Part shown: in pieces, positions 19,468-28,160 of the stretch | Layout of the letters: each line of letters starts with the position of its first letter | How positions within the stretch are numbered: the stretch's first letter is position 1 | Source: Nitrospirota bacterium | Lineage (GTDB): Bacteria; Nitrospirota; JACRHJ01 | DNA: 64,000 nt | NCBI GenBank assembly: GCA_963845245.1 | Contig: CAWJRJ010000014.1 | Location: 118,389 to 182,388 of the forward strand | Reading direction: 5' to 3' | Translations under genes and position numbers: made by a program | The notes under the pieces: generated by a model | Databases searched by the model: none | What the model was told of the DNA's origin: nothing | What the model saw: the letters and a program-made list of their open reading frames with translations, nothing else

Positions 19468-20555
19468 TGATGGCAGAGATGAAGAAAACGCCCGTGACAA
19501 GGGAGATAGCGGCTGCATCTATACGCGACCGTTGGTCGGGTTACCCTTCCGCAGGCCTGACTCCAAGGCGGCTGGCCGCTATACTGCGAGAGGCCGACGT
19601 TGGGGACCCGCTCCGGCAGATGGAGCTTTTCTCCGAGATGGAGGAAAAGGATGCCCACCTGTATTCCTGTTTGCAGACGAGGAAGCTTTCCGTATCCGGA
19701 CTTGACTGGGATGTCATCCACAAAGGGACGGGGTCTGGTGGGCAAGATGTTGCGGATTTTGCAAAAGAGGCTTTGGGCGGAATAGATAATTTTGAGGAAG
19801 CGTTACTGGACCTGCTTGATGCAGTTGGTAAGGGTTACTCCATATCAGAGATTATGTGGGCGTACCGGGACGGGAGTGTCGTACCGTCGGCGCTTAAGAA
19901 ACGGCAGCAGAAGAGGTTCACGTTCATGGAGAAAGACGGCGTATCCGAAAGGCCGCGCCTGCTTACTACTGGTGAACCCGTATACGGTATCCCGCTCTTA
20001 CCCGACAAGTTCATAGTCCACGTATACAGAGCTGGCTCTGACCTGCCCGAGCGCGGCGGACTGTTAAGGGTGCTGGCCTGGATATACCTTTTCAAGAACT
20101 ATGCGCTCAAGGACTGGGTCTCGTTCTGCGAGGTGTTCGGTATGCCGCTTAGGCTTGGGATATACTCGCCAACCGCATCCAAGGAGGATAGGGAGTCGCT
20201 GGTCCAGGCTGTGACCCAACTCGGTAGCGATGCAGCGGGTGTAATATCCGAGAGCACCAGGATCGAGTTCGTCGAGGCAGCGCAAAAAAGCGGTGCGCCA
20301 TACAAGGACCTTATAGAGCTTCTTAACAAAGAGATATCAAAGGCCGCCCTGGGCCAGACCTTGACGACAGACGTGGGCGATAAGGGGAGCTACGCGGCAG
20401 GGGTAGTCCATGACGGAGTCCGGGCGGACATAATGCGCGCCGATGCCCGTGCACTTGAGCGGACCATCAACCGCGATCTCGTCAGGCCGCTTGTGTTGTT
20501 TAATTTCGGTCCCGGCATAAAACCGCCGGTATTCAAATTCATATTCAGGCAGTAA
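19464..20555 (+). CDS. Mu-like portal protein (gp29/DUF935 family), short form
   Basis: GLTP.RL..IL.EAD.GD, DLLDAVGKGYS..EI.W, DW..F.E.FGMP.R.G.Y, EISKA.LGQTLTT, GSYA.G.VH..VR.DI...DA. Confidence 0.92.
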   Translation: MMMAEMKKTPVTREIAAASIRDRWSGYPSAGLTPRRLAAILREADVGDPLRQMELFSEMEEKDAHLYSCLQTRKLSVSGLDWDVIHKGTGSGGQDVADFAKEALGGIDNFEEALLDLLDAVGKGYSISEIMWAYRDGSVVPSALKKRQQKRFTFMEKDGVSERPRLLTTGEPVYGIPLLPDKFIVHVYRAGSDLPERGGLLRVLAWIYLFKNYALKDWVSFCEVFGMPLRLGIYSPTASKEDRESLVQAVTQLGSDAAGVISESTRIEFVEAAQKSGAPYKDLIELLNKEISKAALGQTLTTDVGDKGSYAAGVVHDGVRADIMRADARALERTINRDLVRPLVLFNFGPGIKPPVFKFIFRQ

Positions 20556-20575
20556 ATATCAAAAGGAGGTAGAAG

Positions 20576-20980
20576 ATGTCAGCACTTACAAAGGACAGGA
20601 ACACGGTCAGGAAGGAAGGGGACTACGCCGCATATCAGCTCAAGGCGAACGCGAAGATATTTGCAGGAAGCCAGGTGTGCATAGACTCGACGGGCTATGC
20701 CGTACCGGGCTCAGACACCGCTGGTCTGAAGTTCGTGGGAATAAGCCGTGGTTATGCAGACAATACCGGCGGGGCCAACGGGGACCTGAGCATAGAGGTT
20801 TGGAGGCGCGGCTCATTTGAACTGGCAGCAACAGGCATGACAAAGGGTAACGTTGGGGACAACGTGTTTGTGGTCGACGACCAGACAGTTGGCCTAGCCG
20901 CAATCACCACCAACGACGTGCCATGCGGGAAGATATCCGAGTACAACTCGGCTACCAGCGTATATGTCAGCATAGACTGA
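20576..20980 (+). CDS. Capsid cement/decoration protein of Mu-like phages
   Basis: MSALTKDRNT.., IFAG..V, ADNTGG.NGD, VG...FVVDDQTV; position immediately before major capsid gene. Confidence 0.7.
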   Translation: MSALTKDRNTVRKEGDYAAYQLKANAKIFAGSQVCIDSTGYAVPGSDTAGLKFVGISRGYADNTGGANGDLSIEVWRRGSFELAATGMTKGNVGDNVFVVDDQTVGLAAITTNDVPCGKISEYNSATSVYVSID

Positions 20981-21003
20981 ACCAATTAAAAGGAGAACTG
21001 AAG

Positions 21004-21894
21004 ATGATAATAAACCAGGCTAACCTTTCATCCCTTTACAAGGGCTTTTCGTCCATATTCAAGGAGGTCTTCGACACTGCATCCGCCCTCTATCCGCGCC
21101 TTGCCACAGAGGTGCCCTCGACATCGAGACAGGAAGAATACAAGTGGTTGGGGCGTGTACCAAGGATGCGCGAATGGCTGGGCGAACGGGTTATACAGAA
21201 CCTGTCCGCGTATTCATACACCATCAAAAACCTGGATTGGGAGGCGACGGTAGCTGTAGACAGAAATGATGTTGAGGACGATGCGGTAGGTATATACACG
21301 CCGATGGTCAGGGCGCTTGCGGATGCTGCCGCGACACACCCGGACGAACTGGTATTCGACCTTCTGGCGGGAGGATTTACAAACGTCTCATATGACGGAA
21401 GGCCGTTCTTCGACATTGCGCACACGACTGGCAGCGGGCCAGCCCAGTCAAATAAAAGTAATGCGGTCCTTTCTACAGCCAGCTACGCAGCTGCGCGGGC
21501 AGCTATGATGTCGCTGGTGGACGAGAACGGAAAGCCTCTCAACGTTGTTCCTGACCTCCTGGTCGTGCCGCCCCAGCTTGAGAAGGCCGCGCTCGAGATC
21601 TTGCGTGCGGATCTGGATGTCAACGGCTCTTCGAATATATACAAGGACTCGGTCGACCTTGTGGTCGCTCCGTACCTCGCAGGGCATCCTACGGCCTGGT
21701 ACCTGCTCGACACCAAGAAGCCGGTCAAGACGTTCATATTCCAGAGGCGTAAGGCACCGGTATTCGTGGCGAAGGACTCGCCCGATGACGAGAATGTGTT
21801 CATGAAGAAGGAGTTCCTCTTCGGCGTGGACTCAAGAGACAACGCGGGCTACGGCCTCTGGCAGCTTGCATACGGCAGCGACGGCACGGTCTAA
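21004..21894 (+). CDS. Mu-like major capsid protein (gpT family)
   Basis: Y.WLG..P.MREW.G.R, WE.TV.V.R.D.EDD..G.Y, HPDELVF.LL, YDG..FF...H, LVVPP.LE, W.LLD, G.D.R.N.GYG.WQLAY.S. Confidence 0.95.
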   Translation: MIINQANLSSLYKGFSSIFKEVFDTASALYPRLATEVPSTSRQEEYKWLGRVPRMREWLGERVIQNLSAYSYTIKNLDWEATVAVDRNDVEDDAVGIYTPMVRALADAAATHPDELVFDLLAGGFTNVSYDGRPFFDIAHTTGSGPAQSNKSNAVLSTASYAAARAAMMSLVDENGKPLNVVPDLLVVPPQLEKAALEILRADLDVNGSSNIYKDSVDLVVAPYLAGHPTAWYLLDTKKPVKTFIFQRRKAPVFVAKDSPDDENVFMKKEFLFGVDSRDNAGYGLWQLAYGSDGTV

Positions 21895-21911
21895 ACGCAA
21901 AAGGTGATCAT

Positions 21912-22310
21912 ATGTACATTGCCGTTTCTGAAATCAGTATATCTGACCAGTTGTTGATAAAGTTGACAGATGACGAAGGGGCTGGTGCAATAAATACCTC
22001 CCGGGCAGAGTCTGCCATAATCGCGGCACAAGCCATCGTAGATGCTGCCCTGTCAAGGACTTACAGCGTGCCGTTTTCAGATCCTCCTGAAATAATAAAG
22101 AGACTGACTGAGGATATCGCGGTTTACAGGCTATACCAGAGAGCCGGCATCCTGACAGATGAGCAAAGATCGGTCTACGATAATGCGATGGCAGTACTCG
22201 ATAAGGCTGTAAGGGGCGAAGTCATAATCGGCTCATACGCGCCTGGTAGCAGTCCTGAGTTCTCGTGTCAGGAGAGAGAATTCACGCGCGAGTACATGGA
22301 GGGTCTTTGA
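21912..22310 (+). CDS. Mu gp36-like (DUF1320) head-tail adaptor
   Basis: LI.LTD, AI..A...VD..L...Y.VP....P..IK.L..DIA.Y.LY, Y..A...L.....G. Confidence 0.85.
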   Translation: MYIAVSEISISDQLLIKLTDDEGAGAINTSRAESAIIAAQAIVDAALSRTYSVPFSDPPEIIKRLTEDIAVYRLYQRAGILTDEQRSVYDNAMAVLDKAVRGEVIIGSYAPGSSPEFSCQEREFTREYMEGL

Positions 22311-22729
22311 TGGCTGAATTCTTGATGAACCTTGGCCTTGACGGTCTTGCCCCCGGTCTTTCTGGACTTGCAGACAGGCTCTCTAACCTCTCCCCGGCCC
22401 TTGACAGGGCCGGGGAGGTCATGCATACGTCAATTATGACTAACTTCGCTTCACAAGGGCGGCCACAAGCATGGGAGATATTGAAGCCTGAGACTGTCGA
22501 AAGAAAAGGGCATGACAGAATACTGTTTGAAACCGGACGCCTTATGGGTTCGATTTTATGCAGAGCATCAGAGGATAGCCTGAGAATAACCGCGGATGTC
22601 CCATATGCGCAGCCGCTTCAGCATGGGACAGGTTCAGCAGGGATGCCAGCAAGGCCGTTCCTGATATTTCAGGACGGAGACTTAAACACGATAACCTCGT
22701 TGATTGAAACATACATTGTAACCGGCTAA
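22310..22729 (+). CDS. Phage virion morphogenesis protein (Mu gpG-like)
   Basis: NF..QGRP..W..L...T...K....IL..TG.L..SI, VPYA...Q.G, MPARPFL. Confidence 0.85.
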   Translation: MAEFLMNLGLDGLAPGLSGLADRLSNLSPALDRAGEVMHTSIMTNFASQGRPQAWEILKPETVERKGHDRILFETGRLMGSILCRASEDSLRITADVPYAQPLQHGTGSAGMPARPFLIFQDGDLNTITSLIETYIVTG

Positions 22730-22741
22730 AGAAGGTAAAGC

Positions 22742-23185
22742 ATGCCTGACTACTACAAGAAAAGCGAGATTGAAACAGCAATACTTATTGCTTTAAGCCC
22801 GCTCGTTGTAAAAAATGGAGGGTATCTGATTGAGCTTGATGTATACAAGGGCGAGTTGTCGGCATCAGGAGTATTTAAAGAATCGGTCAGGACGCCATCG
22901 GTATTCCTTGCATATTCTGGCTCCACCTATGGCACAGGCAATTATTTGCATGCAGAAGAAACCATAACATATAACCTCGTTGCTCTTTGCAGGACCGGTG
23001 CAACGCCTGATGCCTGCACGGTGCTTGAGAATGTCAGAGATCATCTCTGTGGAAACAGTATGGGGCTTGACATAAAACCTCTAAAACTTCTGCGAGAATA
23101 TTCCGTGGGCGTCACGAAAGAGCTTACAACTTTGTCGGCAGTATATTCGGTCACTCAGAAGGTGTACATGCCATTACAGGCGTGA
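22742..23185 (+). CDS. Mu gp37-like (DUF1834) tail terminator/neck protein
   Basis: IE.AI...L, Y.GEL, P.VF..Y.G, LE.VR..L.G..MGL.I.PL; position after gp36/gpG. Confidence 0.7.
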   Translation: MPDYYKKSEIETAILIALSPLVVKNGGYLIELDVYKGELSASGVFKESVRTPSVFLAYSGSTYGTGNYLHAEETITYNLVALCRTGATPDACTVLENVRDHLCGNSMGLDIKPLKLLREYSVGVTKELTTLSAVYSVTQKVYMPLQA

Positions 23186-23201
23186 AAGAACGGAGTTCAA
23201 A

Positions 23202-23369
23202 ATGGATGCAGTAACAGGACTTACCATAACGGTAAGAGTTGATACCACTTCCGCAAGGCAGGATGTGTACGAATTTCAGAGATATGCTTTGCAGGTACTT
23301 GAGGATATAAGAGCGGCGTATGCCGCTACGGAGCAGGACCTTTTCTCAGGGTTAAGGAGGAGCGTCTAG
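23202..23369 (+). CDS. 55-aa protein, possible miniature tape-measure protein
   Basis: Read manually (below ORF-track cutoff): MDAVTGLTITVRVDTTSARQDVYEFQRYALQVLEDIRAAYAATEQDLFSGLRRSV; SD GGAG; stop abuts next ATG. Confidence 0.55.
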   Translation: MDAVTGLTITVRVDTTSARQDVYEFQRYALQVLEDIRAAYAATEQDLFSGLRRSV

Positions 23370-23789
23370 ATGGGGCAGGCAACTTTCATGGTTTCCGGGG
23401 CTGCATCCTTGGTATTCTCTGTAAACCCTGTCTACCCAGGCAAGACAACGATTTTTTCCGGGTCGGTTTCAGGTCAAACCGAGGGTGGAGACGAATATGT
23501 ATACCGCAAAGGCAATCCATATGTCCTGATAGAGCTCAGGTTTGAAGGTCTGTCAGCAAACGTTTTTGACGGTGGATTTGATTATGCTACAAAGAGTCAG
23601 AATGTGGGCACGCAGTGCATAGTGAACTGGTATCTTAATGTCTCTGGTGGCAGCCGGGAGCACTTTACTTACAGGGACCCATTTGGAGTTGACCACTCCG
23701 TAACCATTTATGGAGACCATATTGATTTTGCACTTACTGATTATGGCCTTTATAGTGGACAGATTTTGTTAAAGAAAAAATTGGACTGA
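23370..23789 (+). CDS. Putative distal tail (Dit)/tube-fold protein
   Basis: Beta-rich 139 aa (QTEGG..YVY..G, L.F..LS, FTYRDP.G....V); SD AAGGAGG; lies before hub gene. Confidence 0.55.
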   Translation: MGQATFMVSGAASLVFSVNPVYPGKTTIFSGSVSGQTEGGDEYVYRKGNPYVLIELRFEGLSANVFDGGFDYATKSQNVGTQCIVNWYLNVSGGSREHFTYRDPFGVDHSVTIYGDHIDFALTDYGLYSGQILLKKKLD

Positions 23790-23790
23790 T

Positions 23791-26334
23791 ATGAAAACTC
23801 TTAGCGAGAACTTTACAACCAAAAAGAACAGCAAGACAGCTTGCCCGTTGATACTTGCGGTTTTTCATTTTAATGCTGGCGACGTGTTTGTGTCAGACCG
23901 CACTATTACGGCTGGAAGCGGGAGTCCGGTATTTAATGGCCTGGTGACATCATGGGGTGTACTTACAAATCCTGCGAGAGGACCTTTTGCGGTTTCCATG
24001 CCGGAAATAGCTATTGAAATTTCGAATGCCGGTATGCCATCTTTCATGTCCCACCTCGAGAATGGAATTGCCGAGGATACAGAAGTAGAGCTTTTTCTCT
24101 GGTTTGATGGATTAACGTACAACGAAAAGGAACCTTTAGGCAGGTTTGCCATAACTTCTCCAGTAACCTATGGTTACGATAAGGTATCACTTGTACTTGT
24201 AAGTGCATTCCTCAAGAGAAACAGGGTATTAGGCACAAAGATAAGCCGTGAAGATTACCCCAATGCCGACCCGGATGCCGTGGGAAAGACAGAGAGAATA
24301 ATATATGGGCAGGCAAAAAATGTAAAGTGTCTTCCAGTTGTGGCAGGCGCTTGCACCACCCTTGTCGCTGATGTTACAGATATTCAAACTGCCGGTATAG
24401 AGTTAAGCATTTTGCCGGACGGGATTTCATTTCCTGTAGCTGGAGTTATTCAGGCAGGCAATGAAAAAATTTCCTATTCAGGTATATCGAACAGGGTGCT
24501 CACGGGGGTGTCTAGGGGGGCCTCGGGCACGACTCCTGCCAAGCATAACAAAGGATCAGTTGTTTTCGAGCCAAGGACCGATTTTACTTATCAGGTTGCT
24601 GGACATCCGGTAAAAAGCATTGGAGATGTTTTCGTGGGTGGGATCCGGATTGCATCGGGAGTGACAAAGCAGGCGAACGCGAACGGTAAAGCGAACGTGA
24701 TTATCAACAGTAAATTCACGATAGAAAAGTCCGTTTCACTTAGCGTGAGCGAAGGCAGCCACTCGCACCAGAATGAGTCATGGAGCGGCCAAGGGACAAG
24801 GACGACGGCAAGCCGCTGGACGGCTTCAACAAACCCAAACTGGACCGTGAACGAGCATACCGGTAAAGCTTTCAAGGATACATCAGGGTATTATTTTTTC
24901 ATTACCACAAATGGATCAAACTACCTGGACGTCGTGAGTGTAGAGGGCCGTTCCATGTCGACCGGCACTTACGAAGGCTGTATTATGCGTACCCAGCTTG
25001 AAAATATCCACCAAGATACTGTCGTTGCGATATACAGCGCACCTAGCTCAGGTACAGCCAATGCCCTCTGTGATGGTACGTTCAACGACATGTGCAATAT
25101 AATAGCTTCGACAGGGTATGTCGATACAAAACGAGGCGCTGCGTTATCCGACCTGGGCAGTATTGTAGGCGCAAAACTATGTTCCATGCGTGGTAACTCC
25201 ACCTACAGCGGTACCGGTAAAAGCACTATTTCTGGCGGAATATTCAACGGTCTCTACAGCCAGGGAGGGGGTGCTACTGCTCAAGCTTACAAGGTAAACC
25301 TTTCAAGAAATGTGGCTGGTGCGGTGCCTTGGAGCACTTTTGAAGGCATGACAATAAGAGACACTTTTGTTTCCGGTACTTCCGCAGCAAGCTGTTCCGA
25401 ACAGTGGATCGAGGTTTATTACATACCGTACGGTGGTGGGATTTCTCCAGCGACTGGCGTAGCGCTTTCAGGTAATTCTACAGCTGACATAATAGTGGGA
25501 GGAGATATTACCTGTGACGTTGAAGGTTTTCAGGACGATGTTTACGGCACTTATACAGGAGTACCCAATTCGGTTATCCAAAACCCTTCAGATGTGATAA
25601 GGCATTTCATGACAAGCTTTATGGATGTACCTCTTGCAGAGGTCGGCACCTCCTTTTTTACAGTCCGTGACAACCTCGCAGCGGCTGTTACAAGTGGATA
25701 TCAGTTTGCTGGTGTAGTTGAAAGTCCGGTTGAAGCGCTGGACATTCTGGAGGATATGTGCTCGCAGTCAAGAATAATTATTGCACATAACGGGTATGCC
25801 GCAAAACTAGCATTCTTGACGAATGCATCGACAGGAATTGGCAAGACAGTTTTGATGGATCAGGTGAAAAAATCCAGTTTGATGGTATCGCGGACGAGAA
25901 GTGAGGAACTGATTAACAAGTTGGAAATACATTACAAAAAAGACAACTCAAGAGAAGGTAATGCAAAGTTTTTGGAGGTTGCCGCAAGCTCTGCCGCATA
26001 CCCTGCTGGAGGTGATCCTGGCTCAATAGCGGCGTATGGTCTTAGGAATCCCAAAAAAGAGTATACTTTTTGGCTTGTGAACGCACAGCCGGTGGCAACT
26101 GACTTGAGGGATTTCTACATTACACGTTTCAAAGACAGAAAAAGACGTGTAACGTTTGCGACATTTCTCGATGTATTCGAACTTGAAGAAGGTGACGTAA
26201 TCGGGTTTGATTATTCAACTCCTGAGATAGATTTGAGTGGTGTCAAGTTTATTGTGGAGAAGGTATCCTTTTGTCCTGGTAGCATGGCGAAGTGCCGATT
26301 GGATGAGATCCATATTCAAGCATTGGAGATATAA
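23791..26334 (+). CDS. Tail tip / baseplate hub / host-recognition protein
   Basis: AVGK...IIYG, EKISYSG....LTGV.RG..GT....H..G, NP.D.I...M, SIA.YG.R, LE.GDVI motifs; Ser/Thr/Gly-rich central insert. Confidence 0.75.
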   Translation: MKTLSENFTTKKNSKTACPLILAVFHFNAGDVFVSDRTITAGSGSPVFNGLVTSWGVLTNPARGPFAVSMPEIAIEISNAGMPSFMSHLENGIAEDTEVELFLWFDGLTYNEKEPLGRFAITSPVTYGYDKVSLVLVSAFLKRNRVLGTKISREDYPNADPDAVGKTERIIYGQAKNVKCLPVVAGACTTLVADVTDIQTAGIELSILPDGISFPVAGVIQAGNEKISYSGISNRVLTGVSRGASGTTPAKHNKGSVVFEPRTDFTYQVAGHPVKSIGDVFVGGIRIASGVTKQANANGKANVIINSKFTIEKSVSLSVSEGSHSHQNESWSGQGTRTTASRWTASTNPNWTVNEHTGKAFKDTSGYYFFITTNGSNYLDVVSVEGRSMSTGTYEGCIMRTQLENIHQDTVVAIYSAPSSGTANALCDGTFNDMCNIIASTGYVDTKRGAALSDLGSIVGAKLCSMRGNSTYSGTGKSTISGGIFNGLYSQGGGATAQAYKVNLSRNVAGAVPWSTFEGMTIRDTFVSGTSAASCSEQWIEVYYIPYGGGISPATGVALSGNSTADIIVGGDITCDVEGFQDDVYGTYTGVPNSVIQNPSDVIRHFMTSFMDVPLAEVGTSFFTVRDNLAAAVTSGYQFAGVVESPVEALDILEDMCSQSRIIIAHNGYAAKLAFLTNASTGIGKTVLMDQVKKSSLMVSRTRSEELINKLEIHYKKDNSREGNAKFLEVAASSAAYPAGGDPGSIAAYGLRNPKKEYTFWLVNAQPVATDLRDFYITRFKDRKRRVTFATFLDVFELEEGDVIGFDYSTPEIDLSGVKFIVEKVSFCPGSMAKCRLDEIHIQALEI

Positions 26335-26335
26335 A

Positions 26336-26578
26336 ATGATTGAGTATTTGATTACATCTGGTTTGGCCGTGCTTGGTTTTATTCTGGGCTTTTTCTACAC
26401 TCGTACTGTGAGGATGGCCGATAATCTGCCTGAGAAGTATATGACAAAAGAAGATTGCCTTCAACATAGAAACGATTGCAGGCATACGCGTGATCTGGGT
26501 AGGGAGGAGGTGCTCCAAAGGCTTGACAGACTTGAAGCAAAGGTGGACAGGCTTTCTGAAAGGCTGTTGGACATTTAA
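26336..26578 (+). CDS. Single-TM coiled-coil protein (holin/XhlA-like lysis accessory)
   Basis: N-terminal TM, KYMTKEDC, C-terminal RLDRLEAKVDRL coiled coil. Confidence 0.55.
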   Translation: MIEYLITSGLAVLGFILGFFYTRTVRMADNLPEKYMTKEDCLQHRNDCRHTRDLGREEVLQRLDRLEAKVDRLSERLLDI

Positions 26579-26593
26579 TAACAGGAGGTAAAT

Positions 26594-26773
26594 TTGGAAC
26601 AGAAAAAATGGTATTATTCGAAAACCCTTTGGGCCAATTTTGTGGCTATTATTACAATGACTGTGCAGGGCTTGACAGGGAAAGAGCTGGTGAATCCAGA
26701 GGTACAGGGCGCTGTGCTTGGCATAGCCAACCTTGCCCTAAGGCTTATAACCAAATCCGATGTGACCTGGTAA
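26594..26773 (+). CDS. Putative small 2-TM holin
   Basis: Read manually: SD AGGAGG, TTG start, MEQKKWYYSKTLWANFVAII...GAVLGIANLALRLITKSDVTW (59 aa). Confidence 0.6.
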   Translation: MEQKKWYYSKTLWANFVAIITMTVQGLTGKELVNPEVQGAVLGIANLALRLITKSDVTW

Positions 26774-26775
26774 GG

Positions 26776-28160
26776 CTATTTTAGAAGTTTGTGTTTGCCA
26801 ATGAGGCGGTGTATTGTCTTTCTATCAATACCCGCCTCTCTGGCAGCCCTGGATATGTTGTTGCTGTTTTTTTTCAACAAGTCAGCCAAGTATTCTTTTT
26901 CAAAGTTCATAAGCCATTTTTTCTTTGCGTCCTTGAACGGCATCCCCGCTTTAATAACCTCCAGTGATGCTTTTGCGGTTTTTCTAATATGCTCGGGCAA
27001 GTCTTCAGGCATAACAGAGAACCCAGCGGAAAGTGCGATTGCACGGCTCACCACGTTTTGAAGTTCCCGTACATTGCCAGGCCATGCATACTGTTCAAGT
27101 AAAGCCATTGCCTCTGTAGAGAATTCTTGAGCTACGCCAGAAGAGTTCTTTCGGTTTTCCTGCAAAAAATAATCCGCAAGAAGCGGGACATCTCCGATTC
27201 GTTTCTTAAGAGGAGGCAGGTTAATATTTATGACATTTAGCCGATAGTATAAGGTCTTCTCTGAATGCTCCCGTCTTAATTCCATCTTCCAGGTCACGGT
27301 TTGAGGCTGCTATTATCCTGATATCAATGTCGATCATCTTCCTTCCCCCAACCCTCCGGAACTGCCGTTCCTGTAACACCCTCAGGAGCTTTGACTGAAG
27401 GTTGATACCCATTTCGCCTATCTCGTCGAGAAAGAATGTACCTCCGTTTGCAAATTCAAGGAGCCCGGGCCTGGTCGAATCCGCACCTGTGAAGGTGCCC
27501 TTCTCATGTCCGAAAAGCTCAGATTCAAGGAGATTTTCAGGAAGTGAAGCGCAGTCAACCGGGACAAAAGGTTTTTCGCCACGGCGGCTATTTGCATGTA
27601 TGCTGCGAGCGACCAGCTCTTTCCCGGTCCCGGATTCGCCAGATATCAGGATGTTTGCCTCCGTTGGCGCCACTTTCCTTATAGTATCGAAAATCTGCCG
27701 CATAGCGAGAGAGTTGCCTATCATGCTGTCAAATTCGTAGCCCTGAGCGAGCTGCGATCGGAGAAATTTGTTCTCCTCCGCAAGCGAGCGATGCCTGACC
27801 GCGCGTTCAATCGCAACCTTTAGCTGTTCTGCGGAGAAAGGTTTTGAGAGATAATCGAATGCCCCTTCTTTCATCGCTTCGACCACGGACGGTATTGTTG
27901 CGTAACCGCTTATAAGAATAATGGTCGTCTCAGGGTCAATCTCTTTGGCAATCCTAAGTATATCCAGGCCGCTTTTGCCCGGCATTGCAAAGTCGGTTAG
28001 TATAATGTAAGGGCATCTCCCGCTCAATAACGGCTGCCGCATCGTTGCTGTCGTTAAGTGTAATGCAGTCGTACCCAAGCCTACCTATGATTCTGGAGCA
28101 GTTCTCCAGCATGTCCGCCTCGTCGTCTATTACAAGTATCTTGGTAGGTGATTGTTCCAA
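26776..28160 (-). CDS. Sigma54-dependent response regulator (NtrC/AtoC family), split by two frameshifts
   Basis: ILVIDDE receiver, [38 protein letters not shown], Fis HTH, spread over ORFs 27954-28160, 27221-28078, 26776-27297. Confidence 0.9.

Larger units (their letters stand above)
16338..26773 (+). mobile_element. Compact Mu-like head / minimal-tail phage-derived cluster (candidate gene transfer agent or cryptic prophage)
   Basis: 16 co-directional, abutting or overlapping intact ORFs: terminase, protease, portal, capsid, neck, hub, holin-like; no integrase/transposase/replication genes. Confidence 0.85.

Noticed and set aside
21004..21894. Encapsulin nanocompartment
   Set aside because: Capsid is Mu gpT-like and accompanied by portal, protease and terminase
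21912..26334. Tailocin / extracellular contractile injection system
   Set aside because: No sheath or tube; a full head and DNA-packaging module is present instead
16338..26773. Complete transposable Mu-like prophage
   Set aside because: No MuA/MuB, repressor, Ner, Gam, Mor/C, sheath, tube or baseplate wedge genes; far too short; no ends visible
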